Shown piece by piece: positions 10,621 through 22,150 of a stretch of 64,000 nucleotides of DNA; position 1 is the first letter of the stretch, and every line of letters starts with the position of its first letter. The notes under the pieces were generated by a model, which saw nothing but the letters and a program-made list of their open reading frames with translations, was not told the origin of the DNA and did not search any database. Source of the stretch: Vicugna vicugna (Eukaryota); contig MU061616.1 of NCBI GenBank assembly GCA_013265495.1, positions 3,116,696 to 3,180,695 on the forward strand, written 5' to 3'. The position numbers and the translations under genes are program-made.

Positions 10621-13484
10621 CTAACTAAGCCCTTTCTTCAAAGCAGACTGAGTAGGGACCACTCTTTTTTTTTTTTTTTTAACATCTAAATCCCTCAGGA
10701 CTCAAGGATCCTGCCGCTAATCAGAAGGGCCCAGATGCCTTATTTTGTCCTCCCTTAGGAGGCAGATTGTTGTGCCTCATTTTCTAGGTGAGGCTGGCCC
10801 AGAGACGTAGGCTGCATGGTGGAGACCACAGCAGGGCAAGGCTAGAGTCTGGAAGGCTACAGCTGCAGCCGTCCAGCCTCCTGGTGCCCAGGGTTGGGAC
10901 TTTTTCAACATCTGGAGGGCACCAGCATCAAATTGCCCCCAGAGATAAGAGCAGGAAAGAACACATTCCCCTCCATTTAAACCTTCCACCCCTGGAGTCT
11001 AAGAACATTTAGCACTTGATTCTATGAGAAAGCAAAGAAGCAAACCCTTCTAGAGGTGGTTGGTTATGATGTGAAAAGTCACACTCCCATGGTCCAGAAC
11101 ATGAGTGCTTGCATCTTTCGACCTCCCCCTTTTAGGACCAGAAGGTAGAGCTCTCTTTTCTCCCATCATTCCTGAACCATTACCCAAACATGCCCCTGAT
11201 TTAGTATTTGCTAAGGAGGGTACTGGGACCTGTAGGAACTGTTCCCAGGCAGGACTGTAGGAGGACCAGAGTGAAGTGTCATTAAGATACAGGCTCTGAG
11301 GAAGGTGGGGCCACAGGGAAGGTGAGGACGCCCCTTTCCTCTCCTTCCAGCTCCACCAAAGGGGAGGAGCCTGGCAGGAAGTGGAGGAGGGTCTCAGAGC
11401 CCCACACAGCCTTCTGCCTCCTCCCCCACTTCTTCCTTCTATGTCACCTGGGGAAAGGGGCACTGAGGTGCAACCCTTCATGACGGGCACCTAGCTAACG
11501 GTGGGGGCACTCTCATGGGAACTGTGGACCACGGACGAAGCCTCAGGGTGGAGGGTACAGGAGTCCAAGTTGGGGACTGCTCAAGAGCCACACAAGGTGG
11601 GCACCTGTGAGGGGTGGCCAAGGGTCCCTATCAGGCAGCCAAGAACAGGTGGGACCAGCCAGGCGGGGGAGCATCTCCTCTCATCAAACCCATGTCTGTT
11701 GACCCCAGAACTAGGTTGGCCCACAGGATTCCGGGAACCCCTGGGATTACACTTTTATAAAAGCTACCATGATGGCAGCCACTGGACCCAAACAGGGAAG
11801 AGCTGAAGGTTGTAGGGGTGGATACTGGTGTTCCTTCTCTCTAGTCTTGACTTTTTCAGGGTCTTTAGTGATGGAGACACACACATAATTCACTGCTAGT
11901 AGAAAATAAACTTTGAATTAGACTGGGGTTTTCCCTCCAGTGCTAGGGAGTCACCCAGCACAGCCTGGGGCCAGACCCCTAGCTTCTCCAGGCTCAGAGA
12001 CTGCCCGGCAAAGGCCTCTGCATGGTGGCCAGTGGGGAGAGGCTGTGATCAGCATATCTAGGGTCAGCCTCAAAGGGTTTGGGATGAACCTCCATCATCG
12101 TGGAATCCTTGAAATTCAGTGTGTTTAGAAGCCCTTCATATTCCTAAATTTGACCATCTCTGGAGTTCTCTGTACCTACTGTACAAACTCACAGATCTAC
12201 TCTTGATCCAAAAGTAGCCTCTTTCAGGCTTCCAGAGCCCCTCTGAGGTTCAGGTCCGCGGGGTTTGGGGCCATCTCATTATTGAGAGTTATAACTGCCC
12301 TGGTCTTAGTGACAGCGTCAGAGGGACTGGTGGAAGCTCTCTCCAGTCCTCCGTGGGTCACTGGAGGTCCACGCTTCCCACCTCCAGCTCTGGCCTGCCT
12401 CCCTTGAGGCCAGAGGCTGGGACTGCCCACGGGATACGTTCCTCCTCTTCTTTGCTTCCAGCATGAGTCTCAGCACCATGTTGATGACAGCACATGGGGT
12501 CAGAGCTTTAAAGAATATTATGTGGAGACGTGGAGCTAGGGAAAGGGAGGCAGAGCAAAAGGAAAAACGAAGAATATTATATGGGGATTCCCAAGGGCTT
12601 CTCCAGGGGAGGTGGGGAAGGAGTCGATATTTCTGAGTGCTCTCCGTGTGCCAGGCACTCTACTGAGTGATGCGGGGAGGGTGAGGTGCGTTTCATACAA
12701 GGGCACTCAGGTTCAAAGGGATAAGAAGTTTGCCTGGAGTCTCCAGCACCTAAGTGATGGCTGCCCAATCTCTAGTCTTCCCACCATGCTGAGTTCTTGA
12801 GAAGCCTCATCCAGGAAAGACAGCGGCGCTGCTGAGCATGGACAGAACTATCATTAGTGCAAAGCTAGCACGATTGGATTAAGTCACCACTCAGAAAATG
12901 TTTAGTGAAGTTTGGGGGGATTGAACACAAGGAGCTTCAGCCCAGAGTGAGGTCCATAGGCACCGAGAAAAGTGGCAGAAAAAAACACCCCATCGTAGCC
13001 CGATTTAATGAAGCAAATCATATCATCCTCCACATTTGTGTTGCACGTTTCAGTGTACATCACATTTTCACTTCCTTTATCTCTTCGGACCCTTGAGTTT
13101 GCCAGAGGGTTCAAGTATGGAGGAAGGGCCTTGGAGGGCTCCGGGGCCAGGGGGAAGGATGGGGATGGGCACTCCTGTGGGTTGATGGGGGTGTTGTTTA
13201 CACTGGGTGAGGATCTCTGAACAATTTAGAAGTGCAAAACAATCTACACAATGGGACCTACGAAGCAATTTCCACTTTGGGGATTATTCCCCAGGGACAC
13301 AGACCCATTGAAAAAGAAATAATAAGTACCGGGGTGTGTTCGGCAGCCGTGGGAAGTCTGGGGTGTTTTCCTGATTGGGGCCATCAGCTGGAAATAACCT
13401 CTGCCTCCTTTTACCTTATTCTGTGGTTGTTTTTGAACATCTTATTCCCCTTACGAGAATGGAAGCTCTTTGAGGATTCATGCC

Positions 13485-13680
13485 TTTTATCTCTTCATTC
13501 ATTCACTCATTCTCTTCTTTACAAATTGACTGATTCAACAAGTAGTCATTGTGCCTTTCACGTTCCAGACCTCATCCCAGGCAGATGAGTATACCCCGAG
13601 GAACACAGGACACGATCTTTTCTCTGCTAGAGTTTACAGTCTAAGGGAAAGAGAGACAACAGCAAACAAATAAATACCTA
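13485..13680 (-). mobile_element. L2 3' end
   Basis: (CATT)-like tail followed by attcaacaagtagtcattgtgcc...gagtttacagtctaaggg, a typical reverse-strand L2a terminus. Confidence 0.65.
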
Positions 13681-15074
13681 ATGGTAAAATACGTACAGAA
13701 ATTTCACATTGTGAAAACTACCCTGAAGGCAACAGTTAAGATATAGTGGTGAGAGCACAGCCCTGGGAATGGGGAGATCTGGCAGCTGGCACCATCTCAG
13801 GCCCAGGAACTCAATGAGCATGTGCGGAGTGGATTGAATGGATGGAAGGACAGTGCCAAGGAAAGAACTCAAATAGCCACCCAGCCGGAGACGGCAAGGC
13901 AAGGCACGCTGTGTCCAGGTGTTCGCCTCACCGTACAGTGACTTTAACATAACGGGTTTTAAAAAATGGTAATAAAAGTACAGGATCTTGCAATGCACAG
14001 CAGTCCATACCTGGACAAGTTCAAATGTAAAATTTAGACAGGGCAGCGTGCACATACTGATTGCGAGGACACACAGGTGTTCACACAGACCCACATCCTG
14101 CAGAACCAGAGCCCCAAACAGGACCTCAAGAGATGTCTGGCCCACCCACTCCTGCCATGTGAGAAAGTGATCTTAGGTCCGAGGGGACAATGCCTTTTTT
14201 TTTTTAAATCTGAAAAGTGCATTAGGCTCTGTCTAAATGTGTTTTAACAAACTACACTGTGAATTCAGGATTTAAGGGTTGTTGATTTGTAGAGTCACCT
14301 AAGTTTCCGAGTAAAGGCTTCTGGGTGGGAAAGGGCAACTGAGGTGCCCCAGGTGGCAGGTTTGTTGGGTTTTGTTTTTGTTTGCACCTGAGTCAGTGGC
14401 TGGTCCCCAGGGCACTGTATCTAGGTGCCGCGTGGAGAGCAGAGACCAATCCAGAAATTTCACGGGTGTAGGCTCTGAATCCAGGTGCTGAGGTGGCCTC
14501 CAGGGAGCAGAGTATGCACGGACAAGGATCCCAAGCCCCGTGTTCTGGATGGCCTTTGAGGCCCTCCTCAGGAGACCCGGCCAGGCTGGACACCAGCTGA
14601 GGGTCCAGTGCTTCCTGCCAGGACACCAAAACAGGGGCAGCTTTCCGAGTTTTGTTTTGTTTTTTCTCTCAGCTCCGATTCTGCTGGAAAAACAGCCAAA
14701 CGCTCACTCGGGTCAGAGCACCCCGGCCTAGCAACACCTGCAGCGAGGGGGCCGGAAGTCAAGCTAGAACGGAGGAGGAACCAGCCTGTGCTGACACCAG
14801 GGCCCCGAGGGACTGGGCTGGATTCCCCCAGTGGGCAGCCGGCTATGTGCCCACCAAGGGGCCTTGGGGCTGCATTCTGGGAGGAAGAGGGCTGAGGAGA
14901 GGCCCAGAGCTGGACTCCTGAAAGGATAGCCCAGTGGCGTGATGTCTTGACCTATTAGGAAGGAGTGGGGCCTTCAGGGCTTTGGGACTTGTGACTGAGG
15001 GGAAACTTTGGACATGGCAAAGCTGTCCCAGATTCCCTACAGACTCTTTCTCCTCTAGCTCAAGGAAGGAGGGA

Positions 15075-15300
15075 GGCAGCTGTGATGTAGTGGAAAGGAT
15101 GCTGAGTTTGGAGTGAGAAGGTCTGTATGTGACTTCCGGTCAATTATGGTAATAATCTCCCTGGGCCTTGATTTCCTCATTTGTAAAGTGGGGATGGTGC
15201 GACCCCCCTTCCAGGGTTATGCTGGGGCTTAAGCAGGATCATATAAAGGAATGTGAAGGTGCTCAGTAAAATCTTATTGGCAGTTAAGGGATGTTCAATA
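15075..15300 (+). mobile_element. MIR SINE
   Basis: tgtagtggaaagg...ctgggccttgatttcctcatttgtaaagtgggg...cagtaaaa. Confidence 0.7.
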
Positions 15301-17152
15301 CGTAAGTGTTTGGGGGGCCCAGTAAAAGATTTTGGCTCATGTTCTGCATCTTGGTTGTGGTGGTGGTTATACACATCTGAACACGTGCTTTAATTCACTG
15401 AGCTGTACACGCAAGAAAACCAAGTCCATTTTACAGTAGGATAATTTTTTTTAGAAGCCAGCCTCTGGTTCAATTTGGGACAAGTTTTATGATTCCAATT
15501 TTGTAGATAAAGCAACTTAGATCTGATGTTCCTCGTCTCCACCAGCCTCATCCAGCTTTGTTTCCATGGCCTAAGTCAGTTCTGGGGGCCAGGGACCCAG
15601 TGGACAGATGTGGGGGACACCCAGAGTGTGAGCCTCTAAAACAGAACAGACTGGGGTGGGGGTGCTTCCCCATCAAACCATGAAGGCAGTGCCTTTCGGG
15701 GGTGTCTGGTGGACGAGGCAGGCCTCTTTGCTCAAGTGATTCTCTGCCAATAGGACTTCGATGCATTAGGGAAAGTGACTTATTCAAAGGTACTAAGTTG
15801 TCTTTCAAAAAAAGCCAAGGCCTCCCCAGAATCAAGCAGGGGGAGACCCTGCTGGGGGGAGAAGTGATGACTCCCTCCCACCCCAGCCGGCTGCCCAGGG
15901 TCCCTGGTGGAGGTCGAGGACAGAATTAGCGCCACTATGCAAAGCAGCAGGAGAGGAAGGGCTCCAGCTCAGTGGAGGCAGATGCCAAAACAAGCCAGTT
16001 TCCTCTGGCAGCCCAGAGACCAGGGAGGGAGCAGGCCTGGCCCCCTTGGCCCAGCCTGGCTCTGAGTGGGCGCTGTTTGCCTCAGAGACTGACTTGAAAC
16101 CCTGGGCATGGGGGCCTGGGCCACCTGCCCCCTCCACCAAATTCCAAGGAGGAGCTGGTCAAAACAGGTGCTGCGCTCACTGGTCTGGCCTTGGGTCTCC
16201 AGCTAAACTGGCAGCACCTTGAGGGCAGGGATTTCTCCCACCCGAATCCAGAGCGTAAATGGCAAAGAGGTGTTCTGGAGTCCCTCCAAGGTCGACAAGA
16301 GATGGAGCTCAGCCTGGCTCTGTACATGGAGCTTAACTGCATTTCGGCTCCCAGCTGTGAGCCGCGCCCAGTCACCCCCACAGCTGGCAGGCTGGGGCCC
16401 TGATTTGTAGGCCCATAGAGTCCCTTTTGTGGGGACCTTGGGGGGCCTAGGGGGCATCTGATGTGATGCTGGGAATAACCTTTAGTCACCTGACTAAAGC
16501 CCCCCAGACTTCACTACACAAAGCCTTTTGCTTTAGGAATCTCTCTCTGACAGCTCTGGGTCAAACTTAAAAAAAAAAAGGCCCAGGCTTGGTGGGGACA
16601 GTAGGGTGTGGCAGAGGCAGGGGAAGCCCTACCCGCAGGGAGCTTCTAGTTTAACTGGAGAACAAGGTCTGCACAGGGAATACGGGGCAGTACCTACCCA
16701 GAGCTGCAGAGGCTGGGGTCCCAGCGGGGACTGGGCAGGGACTGGGGAGCTTTGGGAGTGCTTCCTGCAGGTGGAGCGCCTTGAAGGACAATAGGATTGG
16801 GGTGGCTGGGGGATGGCAGTCTCCTCCAGGGCTGAGACTTGACCTGCAGCACAGGACGCTGGTGCTGCTCATCACCAGCTGAAGGTGATACAGGTTGATG
16901 GCATCCGGCCGAGGAGAAGGGCCAGTCCCATCAGCCCTTCCCCATTGCTGGGGACCCAGCAGGGGAAGAAAGCCCATGACCACAGGTCCCAGCTGGGCCT
17001 TCAGAGAGAAGCAGCGAGTAAGCCCAGGAGAGGGCCTTTCAAACACCCCATGGGCCCGCGGGCACCCAGACATTTGTGCCCAAACAGATACTGTCATCCA
17101 CCCCGTCCCCATAGATGTCACAAGCCTGTGTGTGGTTTCTCAAAACACACTG

Positions 17153-17158
17153 TTTATT
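17153..17158 (-). terminator. CD79B polyadenylation signal AATAAA
   Basis: tttatt about 475 nt beyond the stop codon. Confidence 0.85.
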
Positions 17159-17632
17159 CTGTGGGAGAGTGGGCTCAAGGCCAGGAGCCCCCCGGGGCGG
17201 GAGAGGGTGGGAGAGAATGGGAAAGGGATGAAGCTCTCGGCGGCCCACCTGCAGCCTTGGTGGGTGGGCCATGGCCCTTCCCAGGCTCTACAGGAAGCCG
17301 GTCTCATCTGAGTCCATTTGCAGGTTCCAAACAAGTCTCTGCCTTCCCCGTCCTGAACAGGAATGGATCCCAGCATAGCACCCCCGGAGGGCTGGGTCCA
17401 GTCTATCCCCAGAGAACTCCCTGCTCCAAATCACGGCCCTGTGGCCCTTCCAACCCAGTCTCTTTGGCAAGAGCTGGGGACCAGGGGCTGGCGGGGCAGG
17501 TGAATCTGGTGGGCCAGTTTGGAGGCTGACTGGGGGAGTCCAGGGAAAAGAGGGTGGGCTGGGAGCCGGGCGGCTCTGAAGCAGTCAGCGAGGGCCCAGC
17601 GGGCTGAGCCCAGGGCGTGGAAGGGTGGCCCC

Positions 17633-20565
17633 TCACTCCTGGCCTGGGTGCTCACCCACCGACCACTTCACCTCCCCTGTCCGCAGAGTCACTATGTCCT
17701 CATAAGTGGCTGTCTGGTCAATGTCCAGGCCCTGGAGACAATGGAAGGGAGCTCAGGCCTTGGCCACTCACTGACCATAGCAACAGATGGCGCCCCTGAC
17801 CACCCCCCACTGCCCTCAGAGCTGCAGGGTCCACCCTGCTCCTTACCTCATAGGTGTGATCTTCCTCCATCCCGGCCTTGCTGTCATCCTGGTAGGGAGA
17901 GTGATGGAGAGCAGTGTTATCTTTCCCCACCCATCTACCGCTGGGCCAGGCTGGGATAGGGCCAGGGAGACTGGCCTAGGGTCAGGGGTCAGGGGTCAGG
18001 GGTGAGGTGCAAGAACAGCTGATGAATGAAGGCGTGATTGGACAGGTGAGCCAATGGACGGGCTCTGGGGCTGAGGAAACAGAGACCCTGCCCATGTCTG
18101 ATCTGCCCTGCAGCCACTTCCCCCGCCCCCACGGTCACCTTGTCCAGCAGCAGGAAGATGGGCACAATGATAAAGAGGATGATGAGCAGGGTCTGGATCA
18201 TGATGATGGTATCTTTCAGCATGTTCCGCCGATTCATTTGTGCCAAGGTGCTGAACCCTGGGGAAAAGCAGGGCGGGGACGGTGAGGCTGGGGGCCCTCT
18301 TTGGGGCCACACCTCTCAGGACTTGCTTCTCAGGGGCTCTCCTGGATGCTCGAGGGCCATGGTCCCTCCCACAGTGTTGCCTTCTACTGGCAGCAGGATG
18401 GGCTGGGCTGGGGGTGGGGTGGGGTGGGGTTGGGTACGGATGGCTCCATGTGTACCCCTGTTCTCCTCCCTGGCTTGAAGGCAGGCCCTGCACACACCCA
18501 TGACCCGAAGCTCCGTGCCACATCCATGCTCTGTCCTCGAGGACTCCTTCCGGCATTCCTTCCTGCAGAAGTAGATGCCGTTGTCCTGAAACTGGATGCC
18601 CTGGATGACGAGGGTGGACGTGGAGCCATTATGGCTATAGGAGATGCGGCCCTCTTCATAAGGAAGTGACTTAGGCTCTGGGTCCGTCTCCTGCTTCCGG
18701 AACCAGCTCACATGGTCCATGTCATCCATGGACTCCATGTAGCACTTGATTTCCACCGTGGAGCCCCGTTTCTTGGCCATGAAACGTGGGTACTGAAGGA
18801 TCTGGGAACAAGTGCTTCCTGTGGGCACCAAGGCTAGGATCAAAATCCCACTTCTTGACGTCCTGATGGCCAGCCCAACAGTGGGCCCCCACCCTGGGCA
18901 GCACTTAACCCTGGCTCAGCGCCCCCTTGTCTGTCCTTGCTTCTCAGGGTGTGGGACAGTCATGAGGCAGAGGTGTAGGGGAGCCGAGCCACATGAGAGG
19001 CCACAGGCCAAACCACCAGACCTGCCTCTTCCTGACTGCCTACCCTCCCTATTCGATTTTCCTTTAGAAGGGGTCTGGAACCTTCCGATTCCTTTCTATG
19101 CCCATTACAGCAGCCCGATGCAGGCCCGTAGGACAGCCTCCCCCCTGGCCTGGTGCCCTCATCTCTCCTTGCCCTAGGCTGCCTGCACTAGTCTGAAATC
19201 CTCAGGGTCACCCCACAAATCCTCGGCCTGGCAATTGAGGACACCCCACCCCCGGGCCTATCTCTCCTCCATCATCTCCCTCTTCCTTCCTGCATAGACT
19301 CTTTCCTCTTTTTATTCCTAAACCTTCTTTCTCAGCTTGCCATGCTCTCCCCGCCCACCTGCTCCAAGAACCTCCCTCCTGCCTCGTTCCCAGGCAGTGG
19401 TCCCCTAGGAACCCCTGAGCCCTTGCGGCCTGACAGGGCCCCTAAGGGCTGCTGCTGGGGCTGAGCCCAACTCCCCAGCCAGACAGACTGGGCTTCAGTC
19501 CTCAGCAAGATTCCCTCTGGCTCTCCCTCCAACCCTGGGGCTAGCCCAGCCCCTCGTGGCTGGGACTGTAGAACTTATGTTTAATGAGGATGACAACTGG
19601 AGGAGTGGAGGTTGGAAGGACCTTGGAGCCAGGTCTTACAGAGGGAGACAGCCCCTAAGGAGGCCTGGTGATGGGAGTCCTGGGTGGGAGACCCAGGGGG
19701 GACAAGGACACAAGGGGCAGCTGTGGGACAGCCCATGGGACAGTGACTGGCATTGGACACAGACATACTTGTCCCCAGAAGGGGCAGGGGGAGGTGCTGA
19801 CCTTTGGGATCCCGGTACAGGTCCTTTCTGTCTGACACCAACACCGTCTCACCTGCTGGATGGGAGGAAATGGGCGGGGCCAGTCACTCAGAGTTGGCTG
19901 CCCCACCACTGCTCGCCCTCTCATTCCCAGACCCACTTCCTCCTGCCCGGACATCAGCTTCAAGACCCCTTAGCCCTCCATACCCCTGCTCTGGAGTGGG
20001 CTGGGGTCACCAGAAGACCCACCTCCCAGCCCCGTTTCTGCCTTTGACCTTGAGCAGGCGCCAGTTTGAGCCAGGAAGGAAGTTGCAGCTGGAAGGTTCT
20101 ACTGTCTTCCAGACCAGGGCACCATTTCTGGGACATGCTTGCCCCAGGGGCTGGTTGGGGGCAGCCTCTCCACTGTCTCCCCCATGCGGTGCCCTCGAGG
20201 GCTGGGGGTGAACCACACTCTTCTCCCTTCTTCCTCCCAGGCCTAGCCCTTATGCGGTCAGAGCCACCAACCCCTCACACCCAGCTCAGCCTGACCCGCT
20301 CCAGGCGGGAGAGGCCTTGGGGCCACAGACCCCTGAGCCCATCAGCATGGCTGAGACCCACAGACCCGGTCCCCAGGGCTGTCGGAGGGAGACAGGAGGC
20401 AGAAAGTGTGAGAGACAGAAGGAGGAGGCTGGAGAGAGCAGGAGACAGAATCAGCGGAAAGCAGCACAGCTAGCAGGCCTGTCTCGGCGGGGCTGTACCT
20501 GAAAACAGCAGCAGCAGCAGCACCAGACAGTTGCTGAGCCCTGGAGACAGCGCCGGCCCTGCCAT
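17633..20565 (-). CDS. CD79B: B-cell antigen receptor complex-associated protein beta chain (Ig-beta/B29), 232 aa, 6 exons
   Basis: Coding exons 20565-20499, 19852-19802, 18818-18498, 18257-18139, 17888-17847 and 17731-17633 (699 nt), introns GT-AG. Signal peptide, Ig domain (VEIKC...SW...DNGIYFC...GCGTELRVM), transmembrane IIMIQTLLIILFIIVPIFLLL and ITAM DHTYEGLDIDQTATYEDIVTL, ending GEHPGQE. Confidence 0.98.
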
Positions 20566-20649
20566 GGTCACCCTCTGTCCCCTACCCCAAGCCGGTGACA
20601 ACGGAGGCTCCTGGGGGGAAAACGTGTAACTGCTCGGGCTGCAGTCTGT

Positions 20650-20830
20650 CTCCTCCCCGCCTCCTCCCCACCAGGCCCCTTCCTGCCATGCAAATAGGGA
20701 CCCAGGGGAGGCACCAGCTCTCCGGGGACCCTGGGGGAGGGCCGGCTGTCTTGTCAGCTGTGCTGCTAAGGCTCAAAGGTCACCCCTGCTTGGGCACTAC
20801 AGCCGGGGTCCAAGGTGGATGCCCCTGGGA
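20650..20830 (-). promoter_or_regulatory. TATA-less B-cell promoter of CD79B
   Basis: Sp1-like ctccccgcct at about 20653-20662, Ets CAGGAAG at about 20679-20685, perfect octamer ATGCAAAT 20688-20695 and EBF-type CCCNNGGG sites at 20701-20708, 20729-20736 and 20822-20829. This matches the known B29 promoter layout. Confidence 0.85.
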
Positions 20831-22059
20831 GGCTGGAAACTCCGAGTCTTCCAAGGGAGGTCTGTGCTTCCGTCCCTGTGTCCCCACCCATCCCCATAGT
20901 CATGCCTTAGGGCTGGCCAGCCTCCTTCCCAGTCTGGATTCACAGGCACTCAGCTAAATACACATGGGTCCTGTGGTTGAATGTGAGCGCAGCCCTTCTG
21001 CCCTGGACCCGCTTGCACCCTGCGAGAAGAGGGGTTCCAAGGAAAGATGGTGCAGGAGGGCTGGGGGCTAGCTATGGGCCCAGGCCAGGCACCCAGAGGG
21101 GCCCAGCACCCAGCCTTTTGGCTGAAGTGCAGGTGGCTGTGTTGGGGGTTGACAGAGATTTGACCCTGTGGAGGAAAGGGAGCCACAGAGGTTCTTGCAC
21201 AAGAACAGGCTGAGAGTGGCTGCCACTTGAGAGAAGATTTGGTCCAGGCCCTGGTGAGAGTTCCCCCTCCTTTGCTAGGAGCTGCCAAAGAGGGGTAGAC
21301 TTAGGTGTAGACGGCTTAGGGAAAACCCACCACTCAGCAATCGGGGACTCCCAGGGAACTGCAGTGTTGCTATTCACGGCTCTAGGGGTCTTGGGTGGAG
21401 GACAGGATGCTAATGTGGGGGAGCCTTCAGGTTCTGTAGCAAAAAGGCTCTCTGGCTTTATCTCACCCATTAGCAGAATGGTGGATGGGACCATAGTGTC
21501 CAGGAGCTTATCGAAGCTCAACGTTGTGCCCCTGCCTCTGGATCAGACACAGCCCTGGCCCCTTGGGGGCAAGGAAGGAGGTGCCCTTGTGCAATACACA
21601 ACCTGCACAGCCACCTGCATAAGGCTTGTACCCCTCAGCCCCACAGCAGAGCCCACTTTTGAGTTTTATGTTTTATGGCAGCCTCTTTACTCTCTCGGCC
21701 CCTCACTCTCTCTTCTTCCAATCCCCAGGAGGGGAGGGAAGATGCTCAAATCCTGTGTGTCCTCTGCCTACATCTCATTCTCCTCACCACCCTCCAGTTT
21801 TCAAACAGCCTGTGCGGCTGGCAGTTCTGTTTGGTTCAGGGAGACGTGGACCTGCCTCCCATGCCAGGGTCGGTGGTGAGGAAGGCAGAGGTCTGGGTGC
21901 TGCCCTCTAGGTCCTGGGCATAGGCCCCACCTGGCACAGCGGGGGCCACCCCTGGGGAGGCACAAGCCAGGACTGGAGCTATGCAAAGTGGGGACGGGAG
22001 GGTTAAGTTTTCATCCAAGGAACAGCTTGTTCCCAGCAGTCCCAGACGTTCCTGCTGTT

Positions 22060-22150
22060 TCCAGATGTTTCAAATGAAGAAAAACATTTCTTTGAAAAGG
22101 TGTCAGATGTTCAGTTCACAGAACAAACAGCCCAGGAATATAAACATCAC
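22060..22150. promoter_or_regulatory. GH locus control region HSI Pit-1 (POU1F1) site array, orthologous element
   Basis: Four AACAT-cored AT-rich words within 85 bp: ATGTTTCAAAT 22065-22075, AAAAACAT 22080-22087, ATGTTCAG 22107-22114 and AATATAAACAT 22137-22147. Lies 1.5 kb upstream of CD79B and 12.6 kb upstream of GH, the position of human HSI. Confidence 0.8.

Noticed and set aside
16240-16350. Octamer enhancer about 4.4 kb downstream of the CD79B start, recalled from rat
   Set aside because: The closest word is GCGTAAAT (two or more mismatches), so it cannot be supported without alignment.
16082-17529. Dense overlapping 60-214 aa ORFs downstream of CD79B
   Set aside because: Low-complexity Pro/Gly/Arg-rich translations expected from GC-rich DNA, with no domain or exon structure.
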